A model generated the notes under the pieces. The model saw nothing but the letters and a program-made list of their open reading frames with translations. It was not told where the DNA came from and did not search any database. Shown one piece after another: positions 17,355 through 26,800 of a stretch of 64,000 bases of DNA. Location: NCBI GenBank assembly GCA_021808485.1, contig JAKBBN010000003.1, positions 3,341-67,340 on the forward strand, in the 5' to 3' direction. A program made the translations under genes and the position numbers. This stretch comes from Planctomycetota bacterium. GTDB taxonomy: Bacteria > Planctomycetota > Phycisphaerae > WQYP01. The first letter of the stretch is position 1. Every line of letters begins with the position of its first letter.

Positions 17355-17860
17355 TCATAGCAATTGCCTCAGATCACCGTGGGTTGCATGCCAAGGTTCA
17401 CCTGGTCCCCGCACTTACCGGCGCCGGGCACAAGGTGGAGGATTTCGGCGTCCACACTTCCACCGCATGCGATTATCCGGATCTGGCGTTGCCGGCGTGT
17501 CTTTCCATTATGAATAAGAAGGTGGACCGCGCGATTTTGATTGACGGCAGCGGGATCGGTATGTCTATCGTCGCGAATAAATTGCCCGGCATACGTGCGG
17601 CGGTGTGTCATGATGAACTGACCGCGGAAATATCACGCCGGTACAACGATGCCAATGCACTTTGCCTGGCGGCGGATTTATTGGGTGAGGAGTTGATTAA
17701 GCGCATCGTCAAGGTGTGGCTGACGACAGATTTTGAACTTGGCCGGCATTCACGGCGGGTGGAAAAAATCGGGCTTTGGGAAGACTGTGTCTTCGGACAA
17801 AGAGGCAATGTGTCCACTTTGCTGGAATCATTCATCGCAAAAAAGGCGGCCGAAAGCTGA
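17351..17860 (+). CDS. RpiB/LacA/LacB-family sugar-phosphate isomerase (variant active site)
   Basis: IAIASDHRG, ILIDGSGIGMSIVANK and GRHSRRVEKI are present. The start overlaps the upstream stop (ATGA at 17351..17354). Confidence 0.85.
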   Translation: MIIAIASDHRGLHAKVHLVPALTGAGHKVEDFGVHTSTACDYPDLALPACLSIMNKKVDRAILIDGSGIGMSIVANKLPGIRAAVCHDELTAEISRRYNDANALCLAADLLGEELIKRIVKVWLTTDFELGRHSRRVEKIGLWEDCVFGQRGNVSTLLESFIAKKAAES

Positions 17861-17976
17861 GCTTTTCAATGAAATTCCGTGATCGGCTGTTGTGCCCTTT
17901 TTGCCGCCATCTGGCGATTTAAACCCCGGCTGGTTAAACTTCAGCCGGAAAATGTGCTTGCTCCGGGAGGAAAATC

Positions 17977-18579
17977 ATGGCGCGTCTTATTGGTCCATAT
18001 AAACCCACGGCGGGTGTAAGCCCATGGCACGATGTCAATCCGGGCAATGGAATTTTGCCGTCGGTGTTCAATGCGATTATTGAAATTCCGCTCGGCTCCT
18101 CCAACAAATATGAACTGGACAAATATACCGGACTGCTGCGGCTGGACCGCGTGCTGCATTCGGCGGTTTATTATCCGGCGAACTACGGCTTTATTCCGCA
18201 AACCATGGCGGATGACGGCGATCCGCTGGATGTTTTGGTGCTGGGCGCCGAACCGGTTTACCCGCTTACGCTGGTTGAGGCCCGGGCCATCGGCCTGATG
18301 ACCATGAAAGACCAGAATGAAGTGGACCATAAAGTCATAGCGGTCCATGTGAATGACCCGGAATTCAGCAGCTATTCCGATGTGCATCAGTTGCCGCCGC
18401 ACCGCCTGGCGGTTCTTAAGCGTTTTTTTGAAGATTATAAATCCCTGGAAAACAAGCGCGTGGTGGTGGACGATGTCCTGCCCGCGGAGTACGCCTATCC
18501 GGTGATTGAACAATCGCTCATGATTTACCGTAAATGGCGCGGCGGCGAAGATGTGAGCAAACTTTTGCATGTAGCCTGA
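17977..18579 (+). CDS. ppa: Inorganic pyrophosphatase (family I)
   Basis: IEIPLGSSNKYELD and DGDPLDVLVLG motifs. A strong SD GGGAGG lies upstream. Confidence 0.95.
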   Translation: MARLIGPYKPTAGVSPWHDVNPGNGILPSVFNAIIEIPLGSSNKYELDKYTGLLRLDRVLHSAVYYPANYGFIPQTMADDGDPLDVLVLGAEPVYPLTLVEARAIGLMTMKDQNEVDHKVIAVHVNDPEFSSYSDVHQLPPHRLAVLKRFFEDYKSLENKRVVVDDVLPAEYAYPVIEQSLMIYRKWRGGEDVSKLLHVA

Positions 18580-18592
18580 GGGCCGCGGTTTT

Positions 18593-18844
18593 TCAGCGGA
18601 ATAGTCCTCCCATTGGACAAATGCCGACCGGCCCATCGCACTGTCCGCCTGCAAACACCCGGACACCGATCCGTTCAATGGGCAACCGGCGGTCGCCAAA
18701 CCAGCCAATTCCCGATTTTCCGTTCCAATTATTTTTTACCACAAGCCATACCATCAATCGCTCCGCCTGCCGGCCAAAGGCCCATCGGAAAACATCCGGG
18801 CGGTCGCCATCCTGACGGCCAACGAAAAATATCAAAAAGCTCAC
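18593..18844 (-). CDS. Small hypothetical protein (uncertain)
   Basis: GGGAGG (18857..18852) lies 7 nt upstream of GTG 18844. It has a hydrophobic N-terminus SFLIFFVG. It is the only plausible ORF in the 334-bp ppa/recR convergent gap. Confidence 0.25.
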   Translation of the reverse strand: MSFLIFFVGRQDGDRPDVFRWAFGRQAERLMVWLVVKNNWNGKSGIGWFGDRRLPIERIGVRVFAGGQCDGPVGICPMGGLFR

Positions 18845-18913
18845 CACAAAACCTCCCGGGGTGAAACCGCACATCGGCCCGCAGCAGGTGCAGCATTTTT
18901 TTATGCGGTTTCA

Positions 18914-19555
18914 TTACTGGCTGGACTGTATCCGGGTTCTGCCGGAAATGGCGTCGGAAAGAATGGCTTTGTTGGCATGTTCAATCTGACCGCCGGCCGG
19001 CATTCCGCGCGCCAAGCGGGTAATCGTAACCCCGGTGTCCGCCAGCTGCTGTTGCAGGTACAAGGCGGTGCCATCGCCATCCATGGTTGGATTGGTGGCC
19101 AGAATAATTTCCTTAATCCTGGGCGAAGCGTCCGGGCTTTTTTCCGTCGCCCGCGCCACCAAGGCATCAATGGTAAGGTCCCCGGGCAATATTCCGTCCA
19201 AGGGCGCCAAATGCCCCAGCAGCACATGGTACACACCATGAAATGCGCCGGTGGACTCAATTTGGAAAAGATCCTTGGGCTGTTCCACCACGCATATCAG
19301 CGTTTGATCACGCGATGGATCCGCACAAATTTCACACGGGTCCGATTCAGTAAGATGATAACAGATACTGCAATGGCGGACCTGCGTTTTAACCGCCTCA
19401 ATGGCACGGGCCAGGGCCAGCGCATCGTCCGCGGAGCCTTTTAATATATGAAACACCATCCGCTCCGCAGAGCGTGAACCGACGCCCGGCAGCCGCCCCA
19501 GCAGTTCCATTAGATGCCGCACCGCGGTGCTGTAACCGCCCCTTGTATTTCCCAT
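18914..19555 (-). CDS. recR: Recombination protein RecR
   Basis: HhH segment LPGVGSRSAERM, zinc finger CSICYHLTESDPCEIC and a Toprim-like VVEQPKD..E region. Confidence 0.95.
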   Translation of the reverse strand: MGNTRGGYSTAVRHLMELLGRLPGVGSRSAERMVFHILKGSADDALALARAIEAVKTQVRHCSICYHLTESDPCEICADPSRDQTLICVVEQPKDLFQIESTGAFHGVYHVLLGHLAPLDGILPGDLTIDALVARATEKSPDASPRIKEIILATNPTMDGDGTALYLQQQLADTGVTITRLARGMPAGGQIEHANKAILSDAISGRTRIQSSQ

Positions 19556-19625
19556 ACATCCATCCCGCTGAGTGCCGATACCGTCCGGCGCCGCACAAGT
19601 GATCCATTACACTTTGTAGAGTCGG

Positions 19626-19967
19626 TTACGCACCCAGCATATTCTGCATTGCCGACAGGTCTATATCGCCGGTAATTTTCCGCATTTCCGCCTGCACCAT
19701 TTCCCTTGCCCCGGCCATGGCCATGTTTACCGCGGCCAGAGTCAGGTCCGCCAGGGCGGTTCGATCCGTTAAAGGCGCATCGGGGGAAAATTCGATGGAC
19801 AGAACTTCCAGCCGGCCGTTGACGCGTACTGTCACCACGCCGCCAGCCGTGCCGGCAGCCTGTATGGAGCCCATGCGCTGCTGCAATTCCGCCATTTTCG
19901 CCTGCATTTCACGGGCTTTGGCCATCATAGGGCCTAACTGGGTCATGGCTTTTAAAGAATCAAACAT
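19626..19967 (-). CDS. ybaB: Nucleoid-associated protein YbaB/EbfC
   Basis: 113 aa, MAKAREMQAKMAELQQ...GGVVTVRVNG pattern, in the canonical position between dnaX and recR. Confidence 0.9.
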   Translation of the reverse strand: MFDSLKAMTQLGPMMAKAREMQAKMAELQQRMGSIQAAGTAGGVVTVRVNGRLEVLSIEFSPDAPLTDRTALADLTLAAVNMAMAGAREMVQAEMRKITGDIDLSAMQNMLGA

Positions 19968-20050
19968 TCGTTGCCTTTCCTGTCTACATCCGGCTTCCGC
20001 GCCAATTTACCCATGATGCCGGACGGCATCATAATGCTGCGTTCCGCCGA

Positions 20051-21871
20051 TTATGTATTCTCCGTTGGTCCGGGTTCCACTGCTTCGGCATGAAGCACCT
20101 GGGCTTTAAATTTTCCGGCCAACCTTTTGACTACGGGTAGATTATTTGCGGCCGCCAGCAACTCCGGCGAAACGGATGGCGCAACCGCCCGTGCCGCGGG
20201 TTCCGGCGGAGCCCCCGCTGACAAACTGCGGTCAGGCGGGCGCACCGGCGCCGGCGGCGCCTGGCGCCAATTTATTTCCACACGAACCGTACGGCCCACC
20301 ACCTGCGCCAGAAAGCTTTCAATGGCCCCCACACCGGCGGTGGAGGACAACAGTGTCCTTAATTGCCCCTCCACTTCCAGGTGAGCCGTGCCCGCAAGCA
20401 TATCCACGGCTACCAGCCTGGAACGCTGTTCCAGAACAGCGAGCATGGCGGCAAATTTGCTTCCCCGGATCAGTTCCAGAACGGCGTTCCATGCGGCGGA
20501 TAAATCCGCATCCGGCTCAAGCGACACCGGCTGGGCCGGATCGACGGGTATTGGCGAGGAATCCGTTTTTTTCACCGGCGGATCATCGGCCGGAGGCGGC
20601 ATGCGGCGGCCTTGCATGTTTGCGGCATTGTCCGATGGATCCGGCAATTGGGCCGGTAAACGGGTCAATGGTTCATTTTTTTTTTGCGCTTCTCCGGTTT
20701 GCTCCAACACTTGGCGGATTGCCGTGAATTCGCCGGTTAAGGCCATCCGCACCAGTAAACTGTCAAACAAAGGCCGGGGCATGGTGCTGTTGCGTACGTT
20801 GCGATGGGTGTGATCGCACAGTGCAATATGATGCACCAGAATGGCGGTCTCCACTTTGGGCGCCAAGGCGGCCAATGCTCTGCGCCATTCCGCGGGCACG
20901 TCCAGGAGCTCCGTTTTTTCGCCGCATACGCGGATCACCATCAAATTCCGCAGCAGAGCGGTTAATTCCGCAAGAATATGCTCCGGCGCCATGCCTGCAT
21001 CCAGCATGGCTTGCGACTTCTCCAGAGCTTCTCCGGGATGCCCCGTAATACAGGCCTCCGCCAGCCCCGCTACCGCCGCGATGGGCGGCTTTCCAAGGAG
21101 TTCATCCAGCAAGGCCTCGGTAATCCGGTCCGCCCCCAGTGAAAGCACACGATCCAGCAGTGAAAGAGCGTCGCGCATGGATCCGGAGGCCAGAATCGCG
21201 ATTCGATGCAGTGCGGCCGCGTCCGCCGGCGTCTTTTCCGCCTGACAAATTAATTCCAGATGGTCGGCAATGCGCGCGGCTGGAATATTTTTGAAATCAT
21301 AGCGCTGGCAACGGCTTAGAATAGTTGGCGGGACCTTGTGCACATCGGTGGTGGCGAAGATAAATTTCACGTGCGGCGGGGGTTCTTCCAGCGTTTTAAG
21401 CAGTGCGTTAAACGCGCCGGCGGAAAGCATGTGCACTTCGTCAATGATATAAATTTTATAGGGAGAGTGGCTGGGTGTAATGCCCGCGCTCTGCCGCAGA
21501 TCACGGATATTGTCCACGCCGTTGTTCGATGCGCCGTCAATTTCAATCACATCAATGTCTTCGCCGCGGGCGATAGCCAGGCACGTGGGGCATTCGCCGC
21601 ATGGCTGGCCGTCCTTGCAGGCAGGGCAATTGATCGCCTTGGCCAGAATCCGGGCGGAGGATGTCTTTCCAACCCCCCTTGTCCCGGTGAAAAGAAAGGC
21701 ATGAGCCAGGCGGCCGGTGGTAATGGCGTTGCGCAAGGTGGTGGCAATGGCTTCCTGCCCGATGAGCTCGTCAAAGTTCCGGGAGCGGTATTTTCGGGCC
21801 AAGACTGTATAAACACCTGCCATAAGGCCACTATAGCCAAAACTGGCAAATCCGGCCAGACAATGCATCAT
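20051..21871 (-). CDS. dnaX: DNA polymerase III subunit gamma/tau
   Basis: ARKYRSRNFDELIGQE, Walker A GTRGVGKTS, the zinc module CPACKDGQPCGECPTC, YIIDEVHML and SRCQRYDF. The start is uncertain: 21871 or ATG 21823. Confidence 0.95.
   Translation of the reverse strand: MMHCLAGFASFGYSGLMAGVYTVLARKYRSRNFDELIGQEAIATTLRNAITTGRLAHAFLFTGTRGVGKTSSARILAKAINCPACKDGQPCGECPTCLAIARGEDIDVIEIDGASNNGVDNIRDLRQSAGITPSHSPYKIYIIDEVHMLSAGAFNALLKTLEEPPPHVKFIFATTDVHKVPPTILSRCQRYDFKNIPAARIADHLELICQAEKTPADAAALHRIAILASGSMRDALSLLDRVLSLGADRITEALLDELLGKPPIAAVAGLAEACITGHPGEALEKSQAMLDAGMAPEHILAELTALLRNLMVIRVCGEKTELLDVPAEWRRALAALAPKVETAILVHHIALCDHTHRNVRNSTMPRPLFDSLLVRMALTGEFTAIRQVLEQTGEAQKKNEPLTRLPAQLPDPSDNAANMQGRRMPPPADDPPVKKTDSSPIPVDPAQPVSLEPDADLSAAWNAVLELIRGSKFAAMLAVLEQRSRLVAVDMLAGTAHLEVEGQLRTLLSSTAGVGAIESFLAQVVGRTVRVEINWRQAPPAPVRPPDRSLSAGAPPEPAARAVAPSVSPELLAAANNLPVVKRLAGKFKAQVLHAEAVEPGPTENT
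20676..20685 (-). other. A10 homopolymer (slippery run) inside dnaX
   Basis: T10 on the plus strand. The coding strand reads CAA AAA AAA AAT GAA CCA TTG A. Both the -1 and +1 shifted readings hit TGA within 0-3 codons. Confidence 0.5.
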
Positions 21872-22049
21872 GGCCGGAGTTATGCAATACCCATGGCAAT
21901 ATTATCGGACTATTGGCCGTTTCACGTCGCAGATCAAAATTTACCGAAAAGTTAATCATTTTTTCCCATCCGATAGCCGAATAATGGGCTATACACGTGA
22001 CATGGATGTTGCTCATTTGGATTATAAACCATATGCCGGAGGTTCAGCC

Positions 22050-22268
22050 ATGTCCGCAAGTTTCAAGATCGTCGTCTCGCAGCCCACCGCGAGCAAGGCA
22101 ACGGTCAATCGGGCCGGATCGCACGCTTTAACTTCCAGCGACAGCGTGTGCAGCGCCACATTCATTAATCTGAACAAGCCGATTCACAGCGGCAGCACAG
22201 TTCATTTGAGAATGCGACCGGATTTTCACCGCAGGGCATATTCCAAAGACCTGGCCATGGGCGAATAA
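22050..22268 (+). CDS. Small hypothetical protein (72 aa)
   Basis: GGAGG (22038..22042) lies 7 nt upstream of ATG 22050. Codon usage is plausible. I recognise no homology. Confidence 0.35.
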   Translation: MSASFKIVVSQPTASKATVNRAGSHALTSSDSVCSATFINLNKPIHSGSTVHLRMRPDFHRRAYSKDLAMGE

Positions 22269-22436
22269 ATAGCTCTGATCGCAACATAATAAAAGTAAAA
22301 TAAGATGCCCCTAGATATGGCCGACGCCATCGCCCGGGGCTTTGAGGTTTAATGACCTGATGCACAAGCGACCACAGCGCCCCTGCCGACATATTGCGAT
22401 GAACCAAATTACGGACAACTCACCGCGCCGGCTGCA

Positions 22437-23759
22437 TTATTTGCGATGCAACGCCCACACTTTGAAGTTCTTGTAGCGGCCCACGGTTCCAGCCATCTGC
22501 CGAAATCCAATTTTACCGCTTTGATACGCAGGCCCGAAGCGGCGCGGATTGTTATCCATCCAGTTCAGCCGCACGAGGCCATTGACCAGCAGCTGAATAT
22601 GCCGGCCGTCTTTTATGAGGCAAAGCTTTTGAAAGCCGTGCGCTCCCGGCGGCACGGCCACCGGACCAACCGCCGCAAGATAAAAATGGTTGTTCTTGCG
22701 CAAATTGGATGAAGGGCGCCCCGTCTGAAACAACGGCAGATCCGCAAAATATGACAGGTGGTAGCTGTCAATGGCGCCACGTGTATATTGGCTGAAAATG
22801 CCGTTTCGCGGCGGCAAATCCGGACTGAAAATACTTTCGCCGTCAGTTGCATGGGCGGCAAAAAAAATAATTGCCAGACCGGTGGCGGACACCGGTTCAA
22901 ATTGCCATTTGGCAACAAACCGGTTGGGGAATGTTTTTCGACACCAGAACACAAAGTGCCCCGGACCGTTGAACGTTCCCGGCCGGCGCGTTTGCATCCG
23001 CATGGATCCGTGCGAAAAGTCCAATTTCCCCGGACCTTCCATTACCCATGAGTTCACATCCCGCCGGGAGGCAAACGGCTTGTTATAAAGCAGCTTCCCC
23101 AGCCGCCGGCGATAACGCATGGCCGCCGGCGGCGAAAAATATCCCAGCAGAGCCTTGTTTTTCCCCCGCAGTGCGCGGGGAACAAGATGGATGATCTGCG
23201 CCGCGGGAACGTAGCCGGATTTTGCGACCACATCGCTCACCCGGACCGGCCCCCCGCCGATTACCACAGCCCTGGCGCGTGATCGGATATGCCATGCGGG
23301 ATACCGGGTTTTCGGCAGTGCCAGCGGAGTGCCGTTAAGATACCCATCGCATCGGCCGATATGGTCATCCCATGTAAATTGCAGAAAATAGGTTTCTGGT
23401 CCGGGAAGCCGGGTAAGATTTACCAGATAGCCGCGGTTATATTTTCGCCGCCCCCACTCAAAAATAAGGTTTACACTTTCCGGGCCGCAGGTGAGACGGC
23501 AATCCGCCAGCCCGGAAAATCGCACCAGCAGTTGATTCAATTTCACCGCGCCGGCGCCGTCCCGCAATGTCCGCGGGATATGCATATAAAAACCAACATA
23601 GCCTTGTCCACCAATCGCGTTTGACAGGGTTACCTGCGACCGCGGCGTGCTTGACGGAGAGACGGCGGTTACGCCGGCAATCGCCGATGGCCGGCAATAC
23701 AACAAGCATGCCAGCAATCCGGTCCCAACCAGCCATCTGAAATTTATCACGTCAGCCAC
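22437..23759 (-). CDS. Secreted LamG/concanavalin-like protein with a DUF1961-like C-terminal domain
   Basis: It has a signal-like N-terminus. The C-terminal part WVMEGPG...GKIGFRQMAGTVGRYKNFKVWAL is typical of DUF1961/DUF1080-type beta-sandwiches. Confidence 0.7.
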   Translation of the reverse strand: MADVINFRWLVGTGLLACLLYCRPSAIAGVTAVSPSSTPRSQVTLSNAIGGQGYVGFYMHIPRTLRDGAGAVKLNQLLVRFSGLADCRLTCGPESVNLIFEWGRRKYNRGYLVNLTRLPGPETYFLQFTWDDHIGRCDGYLNGTPLALPKTRYPAWHIRSRARAVVIGGGPVRVSDVVAKSGYVPAAQIIHLVPRALRGKNKALLGYFSPPAAMRYRRRLGKLLYNKPFASRRDVNSWVMEGPGKLDFSHGSMRMQTRRPGTFNGPGHFVFWCRKTFPNRFVAKWQFEPVSATGLAIIFFAAHATDGESIFSPDLPPRNGIFSQYTRGAIDSYHLSYFADLPLFQTGRPSSNLRKNNHFYLAAVGPVAVPPGAHGFQKLCLIKDGRHIQLLVNGLVRLNWMDNNPRRFGPAYQSGKIGFRQMAGTVGRYKNFKVWALHRK

Positions 23760-23850
23760 TCCGCATGAAAAATAAGTGAGCGAAGCCGCCGCTGCAGCGG
23801 TTCTGCAATCCTTTCCGCACCGGCCGGCAACAGCCCGACCGCCATAACGA

Positions 23851-26800
23851 TCAATCCGGAACGGTCAGCATCTGGTCCAGCAACTGTATCGGATGAATGG
23901 CCCGTCGGCCGGTTGCATGATATATCTGCTCACGGCAACTGTAACCGCCGGCCAGCAAAATGGTATCCGCGGAAGCTTGCCGCAACGGATCGAATTCGCT
24001 TTCCGCAAATAATTTCATGGATACGGCGTAATGATCCTGTTTGTAGCCAAAGGCGCCGGCCATGCCGCAACAACCCGTCGGCGGCATATGCAAATTTTCA
24101 CCGCACAGCCGCCGCAGTAGATCACCGACGCCGCGGGTTCCCCAAAGGGCTTTTTGGTGGCAATGCCCATGAAATACGGCGGCAACCGGGCGAACGGCCA
24201 ATACCGGCCGGCACGGATGCCGATCCCAGTGCTTTTCCACGAAATCTTCAATGCAGATTATTTTTTGCAGAATGGCATTCCGCAGTTGCGGTGAACCAGT
24301 GTTACGGAGCTTCGGCCAGTCATCAATCATGGCGCTGAAGCAGGATGGCTCGGAAACGACAATGGCGACGACCCGGGGGTCGCAGGCAAACGCCGCCAGC
24401 CGCGCTAATGTGCGGCGAATTTGCGCGGCCGCCTGCGCCAGCAGACCGCCGGAAATCATGACGCGACCGCAACAACCGGCATCGGCCAATTCCAGGGAAT
24501 ATCCCAGCTTTTCGACCACGCGAACCACCGCCATACCCAGGTCAGATGAATGAAACGCGGTAAAACAATCGCCAAAATAGACAACGCGCGGGCCCTGGTT
24601 TGCTTCCGGCGATGGCCGCCGCCGGGCTTCTTCCGCAGCCCGTCTGAAAAGCGATGTGGAAAACCGCGGCATCGGCCGCTGCGGCGCCAAATTGCCCCAA
24701 TGGGCAAGCAAGCGGACCGCCGGCGGCCAGGACATGATGCGATTCACCCCGCCCGCGAAATGCGATGCGACGCGCGCCAGCTGTCGGTAATTGGCGAGAA
24801 TGGCGGCCTCCGGCGGCATGGATGCATCGCGATAATGTTGGGCCAGGTATTCGGCTTTCAACTGCGCAATATCAACATTGCTGGGGCATTCCGTGCGGCA
24901 GGCCTTGCAGCCCAGGCAAAGATCCAGCGTGGCCAGGGTCGCGGCGTCGTGCCAGTTCGGCCGGCCATTCCGGGCCTGCCCTTCCGTCACGGCCATGCGC
25001 AGGGCGTTGGCCCTGCCGCGGGTGGAATGGCGCTCATCAAGTGTGGCACGATAGGATGGACACATGACACCGCCGGACCGGCGGCGACAAAATCCCGCGC
25101 CGTTGCACAATTCCAGGGCATGCGCCAATCCACCCTGCTTGGCATAATTAAAGTATGTCGGAAGATCGCCGATTTGATCGAGTACCGGTTGCGCAACGGT
25201 CCGCAGATTCTCCGTGATGCTTTCCAGGGGCTGCGTAGCGACGATCATTCCCGGGTTTAAAATGCCCGCCGGATCGAATATCCGTTTGATTTCTTCAAAC
25301 GCGCTGATGATATTTCGCCCGTAAAAGTCCTGCAGCAGCGGACCGCGCACCCGGCCGTCGCCATGCTCGCCGGACATCACCCCGCCGCAGATACGGGCCA
25401 GTTCCGCGGTTTCCGCGGCTATGGAACGCATGGTTTGGCGGTCTGCGGCGTCATGCAAGTTAAGCATGGGCCGCACGTGTAAAACGCCGACGGAGGCATG
25501 GGCATAAAAAGCCGCCTGTGTGCCGTGCCGCCGCACAATATCACGGAATTTTCCTACAAACTCCCCCAGACGCGGGACGGGAATGGCATTGTCCTCGACG
25601 AATGTCACCGGCTTGCGAAGCCCCGGCAAGCCGTGCAGTAAAGCCTCACCGGAACGGCGCAGCGCCCATGCTTCGGACATTTCACCGGCGCCTGTCCATG
25701 TTCTGATATGGTCGGACCCGACGAGTTTTTTCAGCGCATGAAACCGCGGGGAAAGTTCGTCCGCCAATTCCGTCGCCTCGTATTCCACATACAGCACGGC
25801 CATCGGTAAGTCCCCCTCCACCCGCGGCAGCATGTCCAGGTAGGGCTTGCAACGACTGTTGCCCACGGCGGCCCGCATGACCGCATCATCCAGCAGTTCC
25901 ACGGCGCTGGGCCGAGTGGCCAACACGGGCTCCACCGCCGCAATTGCCGCATCCACATCGGCAAATGCCGCCACCGCCAGACCGCGGGCGACCGGAACAG
26001 GGCACAATTTAAGCCGTGCAGCGGTAATTACCGCGATCGTGCCTTCACTTCCGCAGATGAGACCGGAAAGGTCGATTTCCGCATCGGGAACGCCGGCATC
26101 CAGCTGCGCCAGCACACTGTCAAGCGCATAGCCGGCGTTGCGGCGGACGAGTTTCGGGTAGCGATGCCGGATGTCCGCGGCGCAATGGCGCGTCACCCGT
26201 GCGGTACGAATCGCCAGATCCGCAGCGACCGCCGATCGCCGACCGGCGCCGGCTTCCAGCCATAGTTGCTGCCCACCGGACAGAATGACCTGCACACCGG
26301 CAAGATTTTCGCTGGTTCGGCCGTACATTATGGACCTGGCGCCCGCCGCATTGTTGCCTATGCAGCCGCCGATGCTGGCCTGGGCAATGGTGGCGGGGTC
26401 CGGCGCGAAAAACAGGCCCGGCGCCGCAATTTCCAGTTGTCGATTCAATTCATCAATCCCGATTCCGGGCTCAACCGTGCAGGTTCGAGCGCCGGCATCC
26501 ACCGCAAGAATCCGCCGTAAATGCGGGGTCGTATCCATTACCAGCGCGCCGTTGGCGCACTGGCCGGCCAAACTGGTACCGCCGCCGCGTGGCAGCAGGC
26601 TGATCCGCCGGGAAGCGCAATAGTCGACAATCGTTTTTATTTCATCGGCGTCCCGCGGCATGACAACACCAAGAGGCAGCACCTGATACAGGGAGGCGTC
26701 CGTGGAATACAAATTGCGATAATGACGATCACAATGGACCGTGCCGATTCCCAGCTTTTGCAGATCGGCGGCTAGGCGTTTCACCGCGGTATCATCGGTT

